Of a DNA stretch of 64,000 nt, positions 38,336 through 48,244 are shown piece after piece (position 1 is the stretch's first letter; every line of letters starts with the position of its first letter). Position numbers and translations under genes: made by a program. Source of the DNA: a bacterium (GTDB taxonomy: Bacteria > UBA8248); the NCBI GenBank assembly GCA_965200245.1, contig CBDATS010000015.1, positions 192,001 through 256,000 on the forward strand, given 5' to 3'. Under the pieces are notes generated by a model. It saw only the letters and a list, made by a program, of their open reading frames with translations. It was not told where the DNA came from and ran no database searches.

Positions 38336-39067
38336 TTGCTTAAGCTAAGTTGCTGTATATCGATAGTTGGATTTTCATTTTTCCTTTCTTTGCATTTCTT
38401 CGTTCCCGCGGTATCGCAGGGGGGAGAATCGCATGAGGAAGCGGAGAAAATAATCGCTGCACTCCAGAAAAAATATGAAGCCCTGGAATCTTTGCAAGCC
38501 GCATTTGAACAGAAAAATGAATTGAAATCCCTTGGACGAACAACGAGGTCAAAAGGTCACCTTTCCTGGAAAAAGCCCGGAAAATTGCGCATGGAATATG
38601 TCGAGCCGGAAAGACAGGTTCTGGTCTCTGATGGTCGCTCGTTTTGGCTTTACACGGCTCGCCTGAAGCAGGTGATGGTTTCCAGGAACGGGGGCTTCGG
38701 TTTTGGTACCACCCCTTTGTTGTTCTTGTCGGGTAAGGGAAATCTGAAGAGGAATTTTTTTGTGGCAGTGGAAGAAGTTGGAATTGCCAGACGAAGCGGA
38801 GGAATCTGGAAAGCTGGGCAGCCTCATCGCATTCGCCTGGAACCAAGATCTACGGGTGCTTCGTTTCGTCGCATGTGGATAGAGACGGAGGCTGAAAATT
38901 TCCGAATCCTTACTTTGGCATATATTGATAATTTCGGTAACAAAAGTCACCTTCGGTTTTCAAATGTCAAAGAAAACGTCAGAATCACACAAGAGGAATT
39001 TAGGTTCATAGTGCCGCCAAATGCCGAAGTTCTCCAGATGCCGTCTCAGAACAATCAGCGAAAATAA
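38336..39067 (+). CDS. lolA: Outer-membrane lipoprotein carrier LolA
   Basis: Signal peptide, A.FEQ, KPGKLRMEY..P, VSDG..FW.Y, D.FGN, F.F..P. Confidence 0.85.
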   Translation: MLKLSCCISIVGFSFFLSLHFFVPAVSQGGESHEEAEKIIAALQKKYEALESLQAAFEQKNELKSLGRTTRSKGHLSWKKPGKLRMEYVEPERQVLVSDGRSFWLYTARLKQVMVSRNGGFGFGTTPLLFLSGKGNLKRNFFVAVEEVGIARRSGGIWKAGQPHRIRLEPRSTGASFRRMWIETEAENFRILTLAYIDNFGNKSHLRFSNVKENVRITQEEFRFIVPPNAEVLQMPSQNNQRK

Positions 39068-39081
39068 GGAATCATTCGAGA

Positions 39082-40278
39082 ATGGCAATGCAAATCATCA
39101 ACTGGGTGATGGGTTTTGGGCAGACGATTTTCTGGGCTGTGCTGGTTTTGGGGCTACTCATTTTTATCCATGAGTTGGGACACCACCTCGTCGCGAAATG
39201 GCTCAAAATCGGCGTATCTACGTTTTCCTTGGGTTTTGGTCGTCGTATCTGGGGTTTTCAGCGAGGTGAGACGGAATATCGTGTCTCTCTGATTCCCTTG
39301 GGAGGTTATGTGAAACTCGTAGGAGAGGACCCTGAAGTGCAGCCTGATAATCCTTCTGCACCCAGAGAGCCAGATGAGCCGGAAAAATCATTCTATTTGC
39401 GTCCTGTGAGCCACCGATTCGCGGTCATTTCGGCGGGACCGCTATTTAATGTCGTCCTCGCGATTCTCCTTAGTTGGGGTTTGCACATCTGGGGTATTCC
39501 TGTGCCGGGGACGTGGGTTGGTGGTGTATTGCTCAATATGCCTGCGCAACAGGCGAATCTCCAAACCGGCGATCATATCTTAGCTATTGATGGAAAGCAG
39601 ATTCAAAAATGGTCCGAACTCGTTGAAATTGTGCGGAAAAATGCCGACAACAAACTCGTATTTACAGTGGACCGCGATCGTAGAATTTTTGAAACGTCCA
39701 TTATCCCGACATCGAAGAACGAGGCGGGCAAAGATTTAGGTTATGGCCGAATCGGCATCAATATCGGTCAAGGCACCTACACTGAACGCTTTGGCCTCCT
39801 CGAATCCTTGGGCAAGGGGTTCGTGCAAAACTACCGCATTGCTAGCTTGACTGTCTTGACACTGTACTCGATGCTCACGAAGACCATTCCGGCGGATATC
39901 GGCGGTCCGATTCGCATTTCCGTGGTGGCCGCGGAGCAAGCGCAGCGCGGATTCCGTTATCTCGTCATGTTCACAATTTTACTGAGCGTTAATCTGGCGA
40001 TTCTGAACTTGTTGCCAATACCGGTTCTCGATGGAGGGCATATTTTTTTCTTGCTTATCGAAGGCTTGCGTGGCAAACCTATAAGCCTCAGGGTTCGGGA
40101 GATGGCTATGCAGGTTGGCACCGTGCTTCTCATTGGATTGATGATCTTTGCTACCTACAAGGACAGCGTGTATTATCTCTTCAGGAGCGAACCGGAGACT
40201 GTTATGAAAAAAGAAAATCAAGAAGAAAAGGTGAAGGACACCTCAAAACCAACTCCTGCGCCCTCAAAAAATGAATAG
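39082..40278 (+). CDS. rseP: RIP metalloprotease RseP
   Basis: HELGH, IPLGGYVK, AGPLFN, PDZ domain, NLLPIPVLDGG. Confidence 0.95.
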   Translation: MAMQIINWVMGFGQTIFWAVLVLGLLIFIHELGHHLVAKWLKIGVSTFSLGFGRRIWGFQRGETEYRVSLIPLGGYVKLVGEDPEVQPDNPSAPREPDEPEKSFYLRPVSHRFAVISAGPLFNVVLAILLSWGLHIWGIPVPGTWVGGVLLNMPAQQANLQTGDHILAIDGKQIQKWSELVEIVRKNADNKLVFTVDRDRRIFETSIIPTSKNEAGKDLGYGRIGINIGQGTYTERFGLLESLGKGFVQNYRIASLTVLTLYSMLTKTIPADIGGPIRISVVAAEQAQRGFRYLVMFTILLSVNLAILNLLPIPVLDGGHIFFLLIEGLRGKPISLRVREMAMQVGTVLLIGLMIFATYKDSVYYLFRSEPETVMKKENQEEKVKDTSKPTPAPSKNE

Positions 40279-40283
40279 GGAGT

Positions 40284-41534
40284 GTGGCGATGTTTGATCC
40301 CTTTACTGACGACGTTTTTTATACGAAACCCATACCGGGAGTTGGCCTCCCTCCCAAAGAGCAGGGTAGTACTTCCTTGCCAATGCTTGAAATGGATGAT
40401 ACGGGTGAAGCATTGCCTTGCGCGGACCCTTCTTTATTTCCGCTGAATCGTCGAAAAAGCACTCAAGTAGAAGTACGAGGAGTCAAAATCGGCGGTGGCG
40501 CTCCTATCGTCGTGCAATCAATGTGCAATACCTACACGCACGATGTCGAGGCAACCGTAGCTCAAATAGAGCGCCTGGAAACCGCAGGATGTGAAATCGT
40601 GCGTTTGGCTGTTCCTGATGAGAAATCGGCGAATGCGCTCTATGAAATCAGAAAGCGCACCGAAATGCCCTTGGTGGCGGATATCCATTTCGACTATCGC
40701 TACGCCTTGGTGGCGGCGGATGCGGGCATCGATTGCTTGCGCATCAATCCCGGCAACATCAATGGAGAAAAAAGGGTGAGCGAAGTGGTTGCCTCCGCAA
40801 AAGACCATGGCTTGCCCATTCGTGTGGGTGTCAATGCGGGTTCTTTGGAAAAGCACCTGCTCGACCGATTTGGCGGTGCTACGCCCGAGGCGATGGTGGA
40901 AAGTGGTTTGCGTCACGTCGCGATGCTAGAGAAACGAAATTTTTATGACGCGAAAATCTCCCTGAAGGCTTCCGATGTCGCTCGGGCGGTGAAAGCCTAT
41001 CGTTTGATGGCAAAACGAGTCGAGTATCCTCTTCACCTAGGCATAACGGAGAGTGGGAGCCTCCAGACGGGCAGCATAAAGAGTGCTGTTGGTCTGGGTA
41101 TCCTTCTGGCGGAAGGTATTGGCGACACCATCCGCGTATCCTTGGCGGCGGATCCGGTGGAAGAGGTGCGTGTGGGATACGAAATTCTCAAAAGCCTGAA
41201 ATTACGCCAAAAGGGAGTAAATGTTGTCGCGTGTCCTTCATGCGGCCGCGTCCAGATTGACGTGGACAAGCTTACGATGGAAGTTGAGCAGGAACTTGCG
41301 CATATTAATGCCCCAATCACGGTGGCTGTCATGGGTTGTGAAGTAAACGGCCCGGGCGAAGCGAGAGACGCAGACATCGGCGTGGCTGGCGGTCATAAGC
41401 GAGCCCTGATATTCATGAAAGGTGAAAAATCGGGCTTAGTGTCCTACGATGAAATCAAGAAAAACCTGGTCGAGCGTGTAGAAGAACTCGCGGCTCAATA
41501 CGAAAATGGCAATTCTGAAGTAGTTCATTCCTGA
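40284..41534 (+). CDS. ispG: HMBPP synthase (flavodoxin/ferredoxin-dependent)
   Basis: VQSMCNT, ADIHF, RINPGN, HLGITE, GDTIRVSL, CPSCGR, MGCEVNGPGE. Confidence 0.96.
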   Translation: MAMFDPFTDDVFYTKPIPGVGLPPKEQGSTSLPMLEMDDTGEALPCADPSLFPLNRRKSTQVEVRGVKIGGGAPIVVQSMCNTYTHDVEATVAQIERLETAGCEIVRLAVPDEKSANALYEIRKRTEMPLVADIHFDYRYALVAADAGIDCLRINPGNINGEKRVSEVVASAKDHGLPIRVGVNAGSLEKHLLDRFGGATPEAMVESGLRHVAMLEKRNFYDAKISLKASDVARAVKAYRLMAKRVEYPLHLGITESGSLQTGSIKSAVGLGILLAEGIGDTIRVSLAADPVEEVRVGYEILKSLKLRQKGVNVVACPSCGRVQIDVDKLTMEVEQELAHINAPITVAVMGCEVNGPGEARDADIGVAGGHKRALIFMKGEKSGLVSYDEIKKNLVERVEELAAQYENGNSEVVHS

Positions 41535-41548
41535 GAAAAATCTGATTC

Positions 41549-43261
41549 ATGCGATTTTCAAGGGGTTTTTTTTCCACATTAAAAGAAGCGCCTGCAGAAG
41601 CGGAGGTCGTCAGCCATAAGCTCATGGTGAGGGCAGGTATGATTCGCCGGTTGGCGGCTGGCGTATATACGTTATTACCCCTCGGCGTGCGCGTACAACG
41701 TAAAGTAGAGCAGATTTTACGTGAAGAATTAAATCGCTCAGGTGCGCAGGAAGTTTTTCTGCCCACGCTGAATCCCGCCGAGCTTTGGCGAAAAACCGGA
41801 CGATGGGAAGTATATGGCAAAGAACTGATTCGATTGAAGGATCGCCATGAGCGTGATTTTTGTCTGGGACCCACGCATGAAGAAGTAATTACCGATCTGG
41901 TAGCGCGTGAAGTGAGAAGCTACCGGGATCTTCCTCTTAACCTGTATCAGATTCAAACGAAATTCAGAGACGAGATACGACCCCGTTTCGGCGTGATGCG
42001 CGGACGGGAGTTTACGATGAAAGACGGCTACAGCTTCGATCGGAATGAAGCGGATGCAGAGAAAAGCTATGAAGAAATGGTGCAAGCCTATACGCGTATC
42101 TTTCGGCGCTGTGGACTGAAGTTCAGCGCTGTGGAAGCGGATTCAGGGGCTATTGGCGGGAGTTTTTCACACGAGTTTATGGTGATGGCCGATACAGGTG
42201 AGGAGGCAATCACCGTTTGCGACTCTTGCGGTTACGCGGCGAATGTGGAAAAATCCTTGGTTAGCTTGGAATTGCCAGAGAATGAGGGGGGCGAACTCCA
42301 AAAAGTCCATACTCCCGGAGTTCATACGATAGAAGAAGTGGCGGAATTCCTTTCTTTGTCGCCAAATCGGATGCTCAAAACTCTTTTGTATATTGCTGAT
42401 GGTGCCCCAGTCGCCGCAATGGTTCCAGGCCACAGGGAATTGAACGAAGTCAAGCTGAAGAATGCGCTCGATGCGGTGGATATCGAGCTTGCTGACGCCG
42501 AGACGGTCCAGAAACTTACCAACTCTGAAGTGGGTTTTGCGGGTCCCATAGGTTTGTCGAAAGTTCGACTTGTGGCCGATTCCTCTATCGAGAACAGCGG
42601 CGGCTTGGTTGTCGGAGCGAATGAAACGGACCATCACTATACAGGTGCATGCGAGGGTCGTGACTTTTCTGTAGGCGAATACGCGGACATCACGGTTGCG
42701 CAGGAAGGAGATTCCTGCCCCAAGTGTGGGTTTAGGCTGGACATCAGACGTGGCATCGAAGTGGGGCATGTCTTCAAGCTGGGTTGCAAGTATTCCGAAT
42801 CCCTGGATGCAATCTATCAGGATGAGAACGGTGAGACGCACGCCATCGTCATGGGTTGTTATGGGATTGGCGTGGGCCGGACAGTAGCTGCGGCCATAGA
42901 ACAGAATCATGATATCGACGGTATCGTTTGGCCTGCTCCCATCGCGCCGTATCATGTGGATATCATTCCGGTGAAGCTGGATAATGAAATCATGGAGGTT
43001 TGCGGCCAAATATACGACTCGCTTGAGAGCGCGGGTGTGGATGTCGCGTTCGATGACAGGGATGAGCGCCCAGGTGTGAAATTTAAGGATGCTGACCTCA
43101 TCGGTTTCCCCTATAAAGCAGTCATTGGGCCGAGGGGACTCAAAGAGGGCAAATTAGAGATAAAATCAAGAAGAACCAGTGAAACACAATTTGTAGCGAT
43201 TAACGAAGCGGTATCTTTTCTTGCAAATCTCATCGCAGGAGAGATGAAATCTGTCGAATGA
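41549..43261 (+). CDS. proS: Proline--tRNA ligase (with editing insertion)
   Basis: LGPTHEE, KFRDEIRPRFG, GIEVGHVF, MGCYGIG, PGVKFKDADLIG. Confidence 0.98.
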   Translation: MRFSRGFFSTLKEAPAEAEVVSHKLMVRAGMIRRLAAGVYTLLPLGVRVQRKVEQILREELNRSGAQEVFLPTLNPAELWRKTGRWEVYGKELIRLKDRHERDFCLGPTHEEVITDLVAREVRSYRDLPLNLYQIQTKFRDEIRPRFGVMRGREFTMKDGYSFDRNEADAEKSYEEMVQAYTRIFRRCGLKFSAVEADSGAIGGSFSHEFMVMADTGEEAITVCDSCGYAANVEKSLVSLELPENEGGELQKVHTPGVHTIEEVAEFLSLSPNRMLKTLLYIADGAPVAAMVPGHRELNEVKLKNALDAVDIELADAETVQKLTNSEVGFAGPIGLSKVRLVADSSIENSGGLVVGANETDHHYTGACEGRDFSVGEYADITVAQEGDSCPKCGFRLDIRRGIEVGHVFKLGCKYSESLDAIYQDENGETHAIVMGCYGIGVGRTVAAAIEQNHDIDGIVWPAPIAPYHVDIIPVKLDNEIMEVCGQIYDSLESAGVDVAFDDRDERPGVKFKDADLIGFPYKAVIGPRGLKEGKLEIKSRRTSETQFVAINEAVSFLANLIAGEMKSVE

Positions 43262-43354
43262 TTCGGGGTTCTCTGACTCTCTGCCGAAGCGACTCTTGAC
43301 TCTTCATTCTCATGTGTTGGTGAGTCCAGGTTTTGGGGAGACAAAATAGAAAAC

Positions 43355-43384
43355 TTGACGATTTTGGGCACCTGCATTTATATT
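43355..43384 (+). promoter_or_regulatory. Probable sigma70 promoter for small ORF/tRNA/tilS
   Basis: TTGACG (43355-60), 18-nt spacer, TATATT (43379-84). Confidence 0.45.
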
Positions 43385-43428
43385 CTGCATCGGTAGTAGG
43401 TTGAAGTTTCGCAGGGAGATATGCAAGC

Positions 43429-43626
43429 GTGGCTTATAGTGGAGTTCGGGAGTGTGCTGTTTGCGCTTGGCGAGAGGGTTGTCGCCTGAGATATCGAAAT
43501 GAACCGGACGGAGCGATCTTCTGCCCGGAATTTTCTCCAGACTTAAGATTACAACAAACCGAATCGAAGAACATATCATCTTCATCCGAACGCAGGAACA
43601 GGGAGCAAATGACAAATGAGACGTGA
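43429..43626 (+). CDS. Small Cys-rich hypothetical protein (65 aa)
   Basis: CAVCAWREGC...FCPEFSPDL (4 Cys); upstream promoter-like element and GGGAG. Confidence 0.6.
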   Translation: MAYSGVRECAVCAWREGCRLRYRNEPDGAIFCPEFSPDLRLQQTESKNISSSSERRNREQMTNET

Positions 43627-43784
43627 AATTGAGATTCTTGTTTTGCTCTTGTTGGGATATTTGTGCTTGATGCTAGGCTTTCGCATGGAAGATATCGGAA
43701 TGCAGGTTTTCTTCTATATTCTCTCGGCCATGTTTTTTTTCGCCATATTCCGACCCAAACAGTCTCCCTAACAGGGTGCATCCC

Positions 43785-43861
43785 GGCGGCGTAGCTCAAC
43801 TGGTTAGAGCATACGGCTCATATCCGTAGTGTTGGGGGTTCAAGTCCCTCCGCCGCCACCA
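43785..43861 (+). tRNA. tRNA with CAT anticodon, most likely elongator tRNA-Met
   Basis: Acceptor GGCGGCG/CGCCGCC + ACCA; D arm GCTC/GAGC; anticodon stem TACGG/CCGTA with loop CTCATAT; T loop TTCAAGT; 77 nt. The G1-C72 pair argues against the initiator. Confidence 0.93.
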
Positions 43862-43883
43862 TTTCCTCGCCGCTCAGGGGAGG

Positions 43884-45380
43884 ATGTTTCTGGTGATTTC
43901 AGACTCCTCACGACCGGTCTCTTTGAAAATAAAAAAAACGTTCGAAGCCAAGGTGAGAAAGGGTCTAAAAAATTCGGCTTATCAGTCCGGAACCGCCCCT
44001 TTGCTCGTCGGTTTTTCGGGTGGAGCTGATTCCACTGCTCTTTTGCTGTCTATCAAGTCTGTTCTTTCGGATTCACAACCCCTGTGCGCTGTTCATGTAG
44101 ATCATGGACTTCGTGGCAATCTGTCGAAAAGAGATGCTGAACATACCGAGAATGTGTGTCGTCAGTATGGCATAGATTTTTGTTACAGGCGTGTTCATGT
44201 GTCTGGCATTTCGCATTTGGGTCTCGAAGGGGCTGCTCGCGAATCCAGACGCTCTGCATTTCTTGCTGTCGCTCGGGAAATGGGAGCCGATACATTCGCG
44301 TTGGCCCATAGCATGAATGATCAGGCCGAAACCGTGCTCATGCGCTTATTTGAAGGAGCAGGCGTGAGAGGAATTTCCGGCATGAAATGGCGGACACTCA
44401 TTCCATCAAACGGAATGGATGATCTCTACATTATTCGGCCTTTTTTAGGTGTGTCTCGCGAGGAAATAATGGAATACCTGAGGGCACAAGGAGTCTCTTG
44501 GGTTGAGGATGAAACAAACGAAGATGAAAGCCGCCTCAGAAATCGCATACGCAAGAAAATTATTCCTGCGATTCGAGAATATATTGGTGATGCGGCCATT
44601 GCAGGAATTGCCAAGAGTGCGAGGGTAACAGCCCCTATTATCACTTTCATGGATGAGATGTCTAGGGACTTGAATGCGAATTACATCCATGAAGATAATG
44701 GGAAACTTGTAGTAACTCCCCTAGAGGAGGTGAAAACCCTCGATCCTGCGCTTAGAGCGGAATTTTGGCGCTCGGTGCTTGCAATGCTTGCTGACGTATC
44801 GTCTGTTCACATTGGTAGGCGTGCTCTCTGGAGGTGGATTGAAGGTTTAGACGCTATGGTGATGAGTGACAAGCCATCGGGTGTGTTGAATTTGGTGGGC
44901 ATCTTGGAAGCCAGGAGAGAATACGACCGGTTGATCTTTGGATATGCCAGTCTTCATTCGGAGTTGCTTGAGGTGGCGAGGCTGAAAATTCCAGGAAAGA
45001 CGGTTCATCGTTCGCTTCGTCTTGTAATAGAAGCTTCATATGACTTGTCACATTATCCCTGCGAAGTGTGGGAGGCGCGGCTGGATGCAGCAAAACTGGG
45101 CGAGGGTGCCGTTGTACGGACACGGCGTAACGGGGATCGTTTTCATCCCTTAGGCCGGGAAAAATCAAGGAAACTCAAGGATTATTTTATTGAGAAGAAA
45201 ATACCGAAACCTCGAAGGGATCAAGTTCCCCTTTTAGCCCATGGTAACAAGATAGCTTGGATTATCGGTCATCAGGTCTCAGCAGAATTCGTGCTTGATG
45301 GGGGTGAGAATAGAGGAGTTACACTTAAAGTGTTGCCAGAGAGTGGAGATGCTAAACAATTAAGTTCGCTTGCTCAATAA
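43884..45380 (+). CDS. tilS: tRNA(Ile)-lysidine synthetase
   Basis: GFSGGADS, HVDHGLR, LAHSMNDQAET, IIRPFL, RNRIR, TilS_C GDRFHP...KLKDYF. True start may be GTG 43893. Confidence 0.94.
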   Translation: MFLVISDSSRPVSLKIKKTFEAKVRKGLKNSAYQSGTAPLLVGFSGGADSTALLLSIKSVLSDSQPLCAVHVDHGLRGNLSKRDAEHTENVCRQYGIDFCYRRVHVSGISHLGLEGAARESRRSAFLAVAREMGADTFALAHSMNDQAETVLMRLFEGAGVRGISGMKWRTLIPSNGMDDLYIIRPFLGVSREEIMEYLRAQGVSWVEDETNEDESRLRNRIRKKIIPAIREYIGDAAIAGIAKSARVTAPIITFMDEMSRDLNANYIHEDNGKLVVTPLEEVKTLDPALRAEFWRSVLAMLADVSSVHIGRRALWRWIEGLDAMVMSDKPSGVLNLVGILEARREYDRLIFGYASLHSELLEVARLKIPGKTVHRSLRLVIEASYDLSHYPCEVWEARLDAAKLGEGAVVRTRRNGDRFHPLGREKSRKLKDYFIEKKIPKPRRDQVPLLAHGNKIAWIIGHQVSAEFVLDGGENRGVTLKVLPESGDAKQLSSLAQ

Positions 45381-45474
45381 TATGGAGTTTAACTCGTGGA
45401 CGGATGGGGAAAATCCTGATAACTTGTAGCGAGAAGTTGCGAAGTAACTAACTTGAAAATAGAAGGAATGGATT

Positions 45475-47514
45475 TTGAATCAATTTTACAAGAATTTGGC
45501 CCTTTGGTTGATTATCGGGTTGATAATGGTGGGGTTGTTTCAGGCCTTCAATAGCCCACGCTCCGCCGACAAAACGGTTGTTTACAGCGATTTCCTGCAG
45601 GCGGTGTCCGAAGGTCAGGTGAGCGAGGTAATTGTTCAGGGAGACAATATTCGGGGTCGCTATCTTGGAGGCAGTTCTTTCTTCACACATGCTCCCAAAG
45701 ATCCGAAATTGATCGACACCTTGCGTGCACAAGGCGTTCGCATCACAGCGCAGCCTGTTGAACAAAACTCTTGGTATATTAATATGCTGTTGAGTTGGCT
45801 GCCGATGCTGGTAATGCTGGGTGTCTGGATTTTCTTTATGCGTCAGATGCAGATGGGTGGTTCGAAAGCCTTGTCATTCGGAAAAAGCAAAGCTCGAATG
45901 ATGCCCGAATCAGCAAAGAAAAAGATTACATTCGCAAATGTGGCCGGTATAGAGGAAGCAAAAGAAGAACTTGAGGAACTCGTCGATTTTCTCCGAGATC
46001 CGCAGAAGTTTACTCGCTTGGGCGCACGTATCCCGAAGGGTGTTCTCATGGTTGGCCCCCCGGGTACTGGCAAGACCTTGCTGGCGCGCGCCATCGCTGG
46101 GGAAGCGGATGTACCGTTTTTCTCTATCAGCGGTTCCAGTTTTGTGGAAATGTTTGTAGGAGTTGGAGCGTCAAGAGTTCGGGATTTGTTTGAGCAGGGC
46201 AAATCGAATGCGCCTTGCATTATTTTCATTGATGAGATTGACGCCGTTGGACGACACCGAGGCGCCGGGTTGGGAGGGGGCCACGACGAGCGTGAACAGA
46301 CGCTCAATCAGCTTCTTGTTGAAATGGATGGTTTTGAATCAAACGATGGGGTCATCCTGATGGCGGCGACAAATCGGCCGGATGTGCTGGACCCTGCACT
46401 CCTCAGGCCCGGTCGCTTTGATCGTCAGATTGTCGTTTCCTTGCCAGATATCAAAGGACGTCTAGCCATATTGAAGGTGCACGCCGAGAGCGTGCCCCTT
46501 GATGAATCGGTCGATTTGAATCTCATCGCGCGCGGAACACCGCGGTTCGCAGGCGCCGATCTAGCGAACCTTTTGAACGAATCCGCACTCCTCGCGGCGC
46601 GTAGGGGAAAACGCGCAGTTGAAAATGAAGACTTGATGGAAGCGAAAGACAAGGTCTTGATGGGCAAAGAGCGGCGCAGCATGGTTCTCAGCGAAAAAGA
46701 GAAGAAAAATACGGCCTACCACGAAGCGGGGCACGCACTTGCTGCGTTCTTGATTCCTGGCACGGATCCGGTCGAGAAGGTGACGATTATACCGAGAGGT
46801 TTTTCTTTGGGAAGCACATGGTCCTCACCACTCGAGGATCGCTATAGCAACGACAAAACATTTTTGACGAATCAGCTTGTTTGTCTGATGGGTGGGCGCG
46901 CGGCGGAAATGTTGGTTTTTGAGGAATTAACAACGGGGGCGAAGGCAGACATCCAGACGGCGACCGACTTGGCGAGAAGCATGGTTTGTGAGTGGGGGAT
47001 GAGTGAAAAACTCGGTCCTTTGGCGTATGGTAAAAAACACGAGCAAATCTTCTTGGGTCGCGAAATCTCCCAGCACAGGGATTATAGCGACCAAGTGGCG
47101 CTGGAAATCGATAACGAAGTAAAGAACATGGTTTCCTCGGGGTATGAGAGAGCATATAAATTGCTTGAGGAAAATCGGGACAAGCTCGATTTGCTCGCCA
47201 ATGCGCTGCTCGAATTTGAAACCATCGATCTCGAAGATATCGAATCCCTGATGGGGACCGGAGAGATTTCCAGGAATCGTAAGCGGAAAGAAGAAGTTGG
47301 CGAGGGAAACACTCCAGCATCTCCGCAACCGGCGGGAAAACCTTGCGAGGACCCGCAGGGATCTCCGCCTGACTTAGCGCCCGGCCAAGCCCGGCCAAGC
47401 CTAGTTTCTTTTTTCGATATATCATGTCATGCAGAATCGCTCTTCGGGTCAGTTGTTTCTGGGTCGAGAAGGCTCAAGCGACCTGGTGACCAATATATAA
47501 CTTTGAGAAAATGA
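45475..47514 (+). CDS. ftsH: ATP-dependent zinc metalloprotease FtsH
   Basis: Two TMs, [40 protein letters not shown]-terminus extended by a frameshifting duplication. Confidence 0.97.
   Translation: MNQFYKNLALWLIIGLIMVGLFQAFNSPRSADKTVVYSDFLQAVSEGQVSEVIVQGDNIRGRYLGGSSFFTHAPKDPKLIDTLRAQGVRITAQPVEQNSWYINMLLSWLPMLVMLGVWIFFMRQMQMGGSKALSFGKSKARMMPESAKKKITFANVAGIEEAKEELEELVDFLRDPQKFTRLGARIPKGVLMVGPPGTGKTLLARAIAGEADVPFFSISGSSFVEMFVGVGASRVRDLFEQGKSNAPCIIFIDEIDAVGRHRGAGLGGGHDEREQTLNQLLVEMDGFESNDGVILMAATNRPDVLDPALLRPGRFDRQIVVSLPDIKGRLAILKVHAESVPLDESVDLNLIARGTPRFAGADLANLLNESALLAARRGKRAVENEDLMEAKDKVLMGKERRSMVLSEKEKKNTAYHEAGHALAAFLIPGTDPVEKVTIIPRGFSLGSTWSSPLEDRYSNDKTFLTNQLVCLMGGRAAEMLVFEELTTGAKADIQTATDLARSMVCEWGMSEKLGPLAYGKKHEQIFLGREISQHRDYSDQVALEIDNEVKNMVSSGYERAYKLLEENRDKLDLLANALLEFETIDLEDIESLMGTGEISRNRKRKEEVGEGNTPASPQPAGKPCEDPQGSPPDLAPGQARPSLVSFFDISCHAESLFGSVVSGSRRLKRPGDQYITLRK
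47381..47400 (+). repeat. Perfect 10-bp tandem duplication CCGGCCAAGC x2
   Basis: Read directly at 47381-47390 and 47391-47400, followed by CTAG. Confidence 0.9.
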
Positions 47515-48242
47515 TGGCCAAGCTCTGTGTGAATGTGGACCATGTCGCCACCATCCGGGAAGCGCGAAAGACGAATGAACCGGATCCTGTAGCAGCTGCG
47601 CTTATCGCTGAACGTGCGGGCGCGATAGGCATCACCATTCACCTGCGTGAAGATAGAAGGCATATCCAGGACAGGGATTTGAGATTGATGCGCCAAGTGG
47701 TTCGTGGCAAGCTCAACCTGGAGATGGCTCCTATAACCGAGATGCAGGACATCGCGCTTGATATGGAACCTGAGCAGGTTACCTTGGTTCCGGAACGACG
47801 TGAGGAAATAACGACCGAGGGTGGCTTAGATGTGGCGGGCCACTTCGAACAGATAGCCAACTTGATGAAACCGCTGCGAGATGCTGGGCTTCTCTTGAGT
47901 CTGTTTATAGACCCTTACACTGAACAGATTGAAGCTGTTAAGGAGTTAGAGGCTGATTTTGTCGAACTGAACACGGCGGCTTATGCTGAGGCCAAAAATC
48001 ATGCATCACGGCAAAAGGAACTGAGCGAACTCAAGAATGCTTCCTTGTATGCTCACGATCTGGGACTCGGCGTTCACGCGGGCCACGGCTTAACCTATTT
48101 TAATGTGGAAGCCGTTGCATCTCTCCCTCATCTGCAAGAATTGAACATAGGCCACAGTATAGTCTCACATTCTGTTTTTGTCGGCTTTGAAAGAGCCGTA
48201 CGAGAAATGTTGGATATTATTGAACGAGTGAGCGCCATCTGA
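47511..48242 (+). CDS. pdxJ: Pyridoxine 5'-phosphate synthase
   Basis: [41 protein letters not shown]. Confidence 0.97.
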   Translation: MMAKLCVNVDHVATIREARKTNEPDPVAAALIAERAGAIGITIHLREDRRHIQDRDLRLMRQVVRGKLNLEMAPITEMQDIALDMEPEQVTLVPERREEITTEGGLDVAGHFEQIANLMKPLRDAGLLLSLFIDPYTEQIEAVKELEADFVELNTAAYAEAKNHASRQKELSELKNASLYAHDLGLGVHAGHGLTYFNVEAVASLPHLQELNIGHSIVSHSVFVGFERAVREMLDIIERVSAI

Positions 48243-48244
48243 GC

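Noticed and set aside
43785-43884. tRNA as an integration site for a genomic island
   Set aside because: I saw no duplicated tRNA 3' end or integrase, and tilS follows directly.
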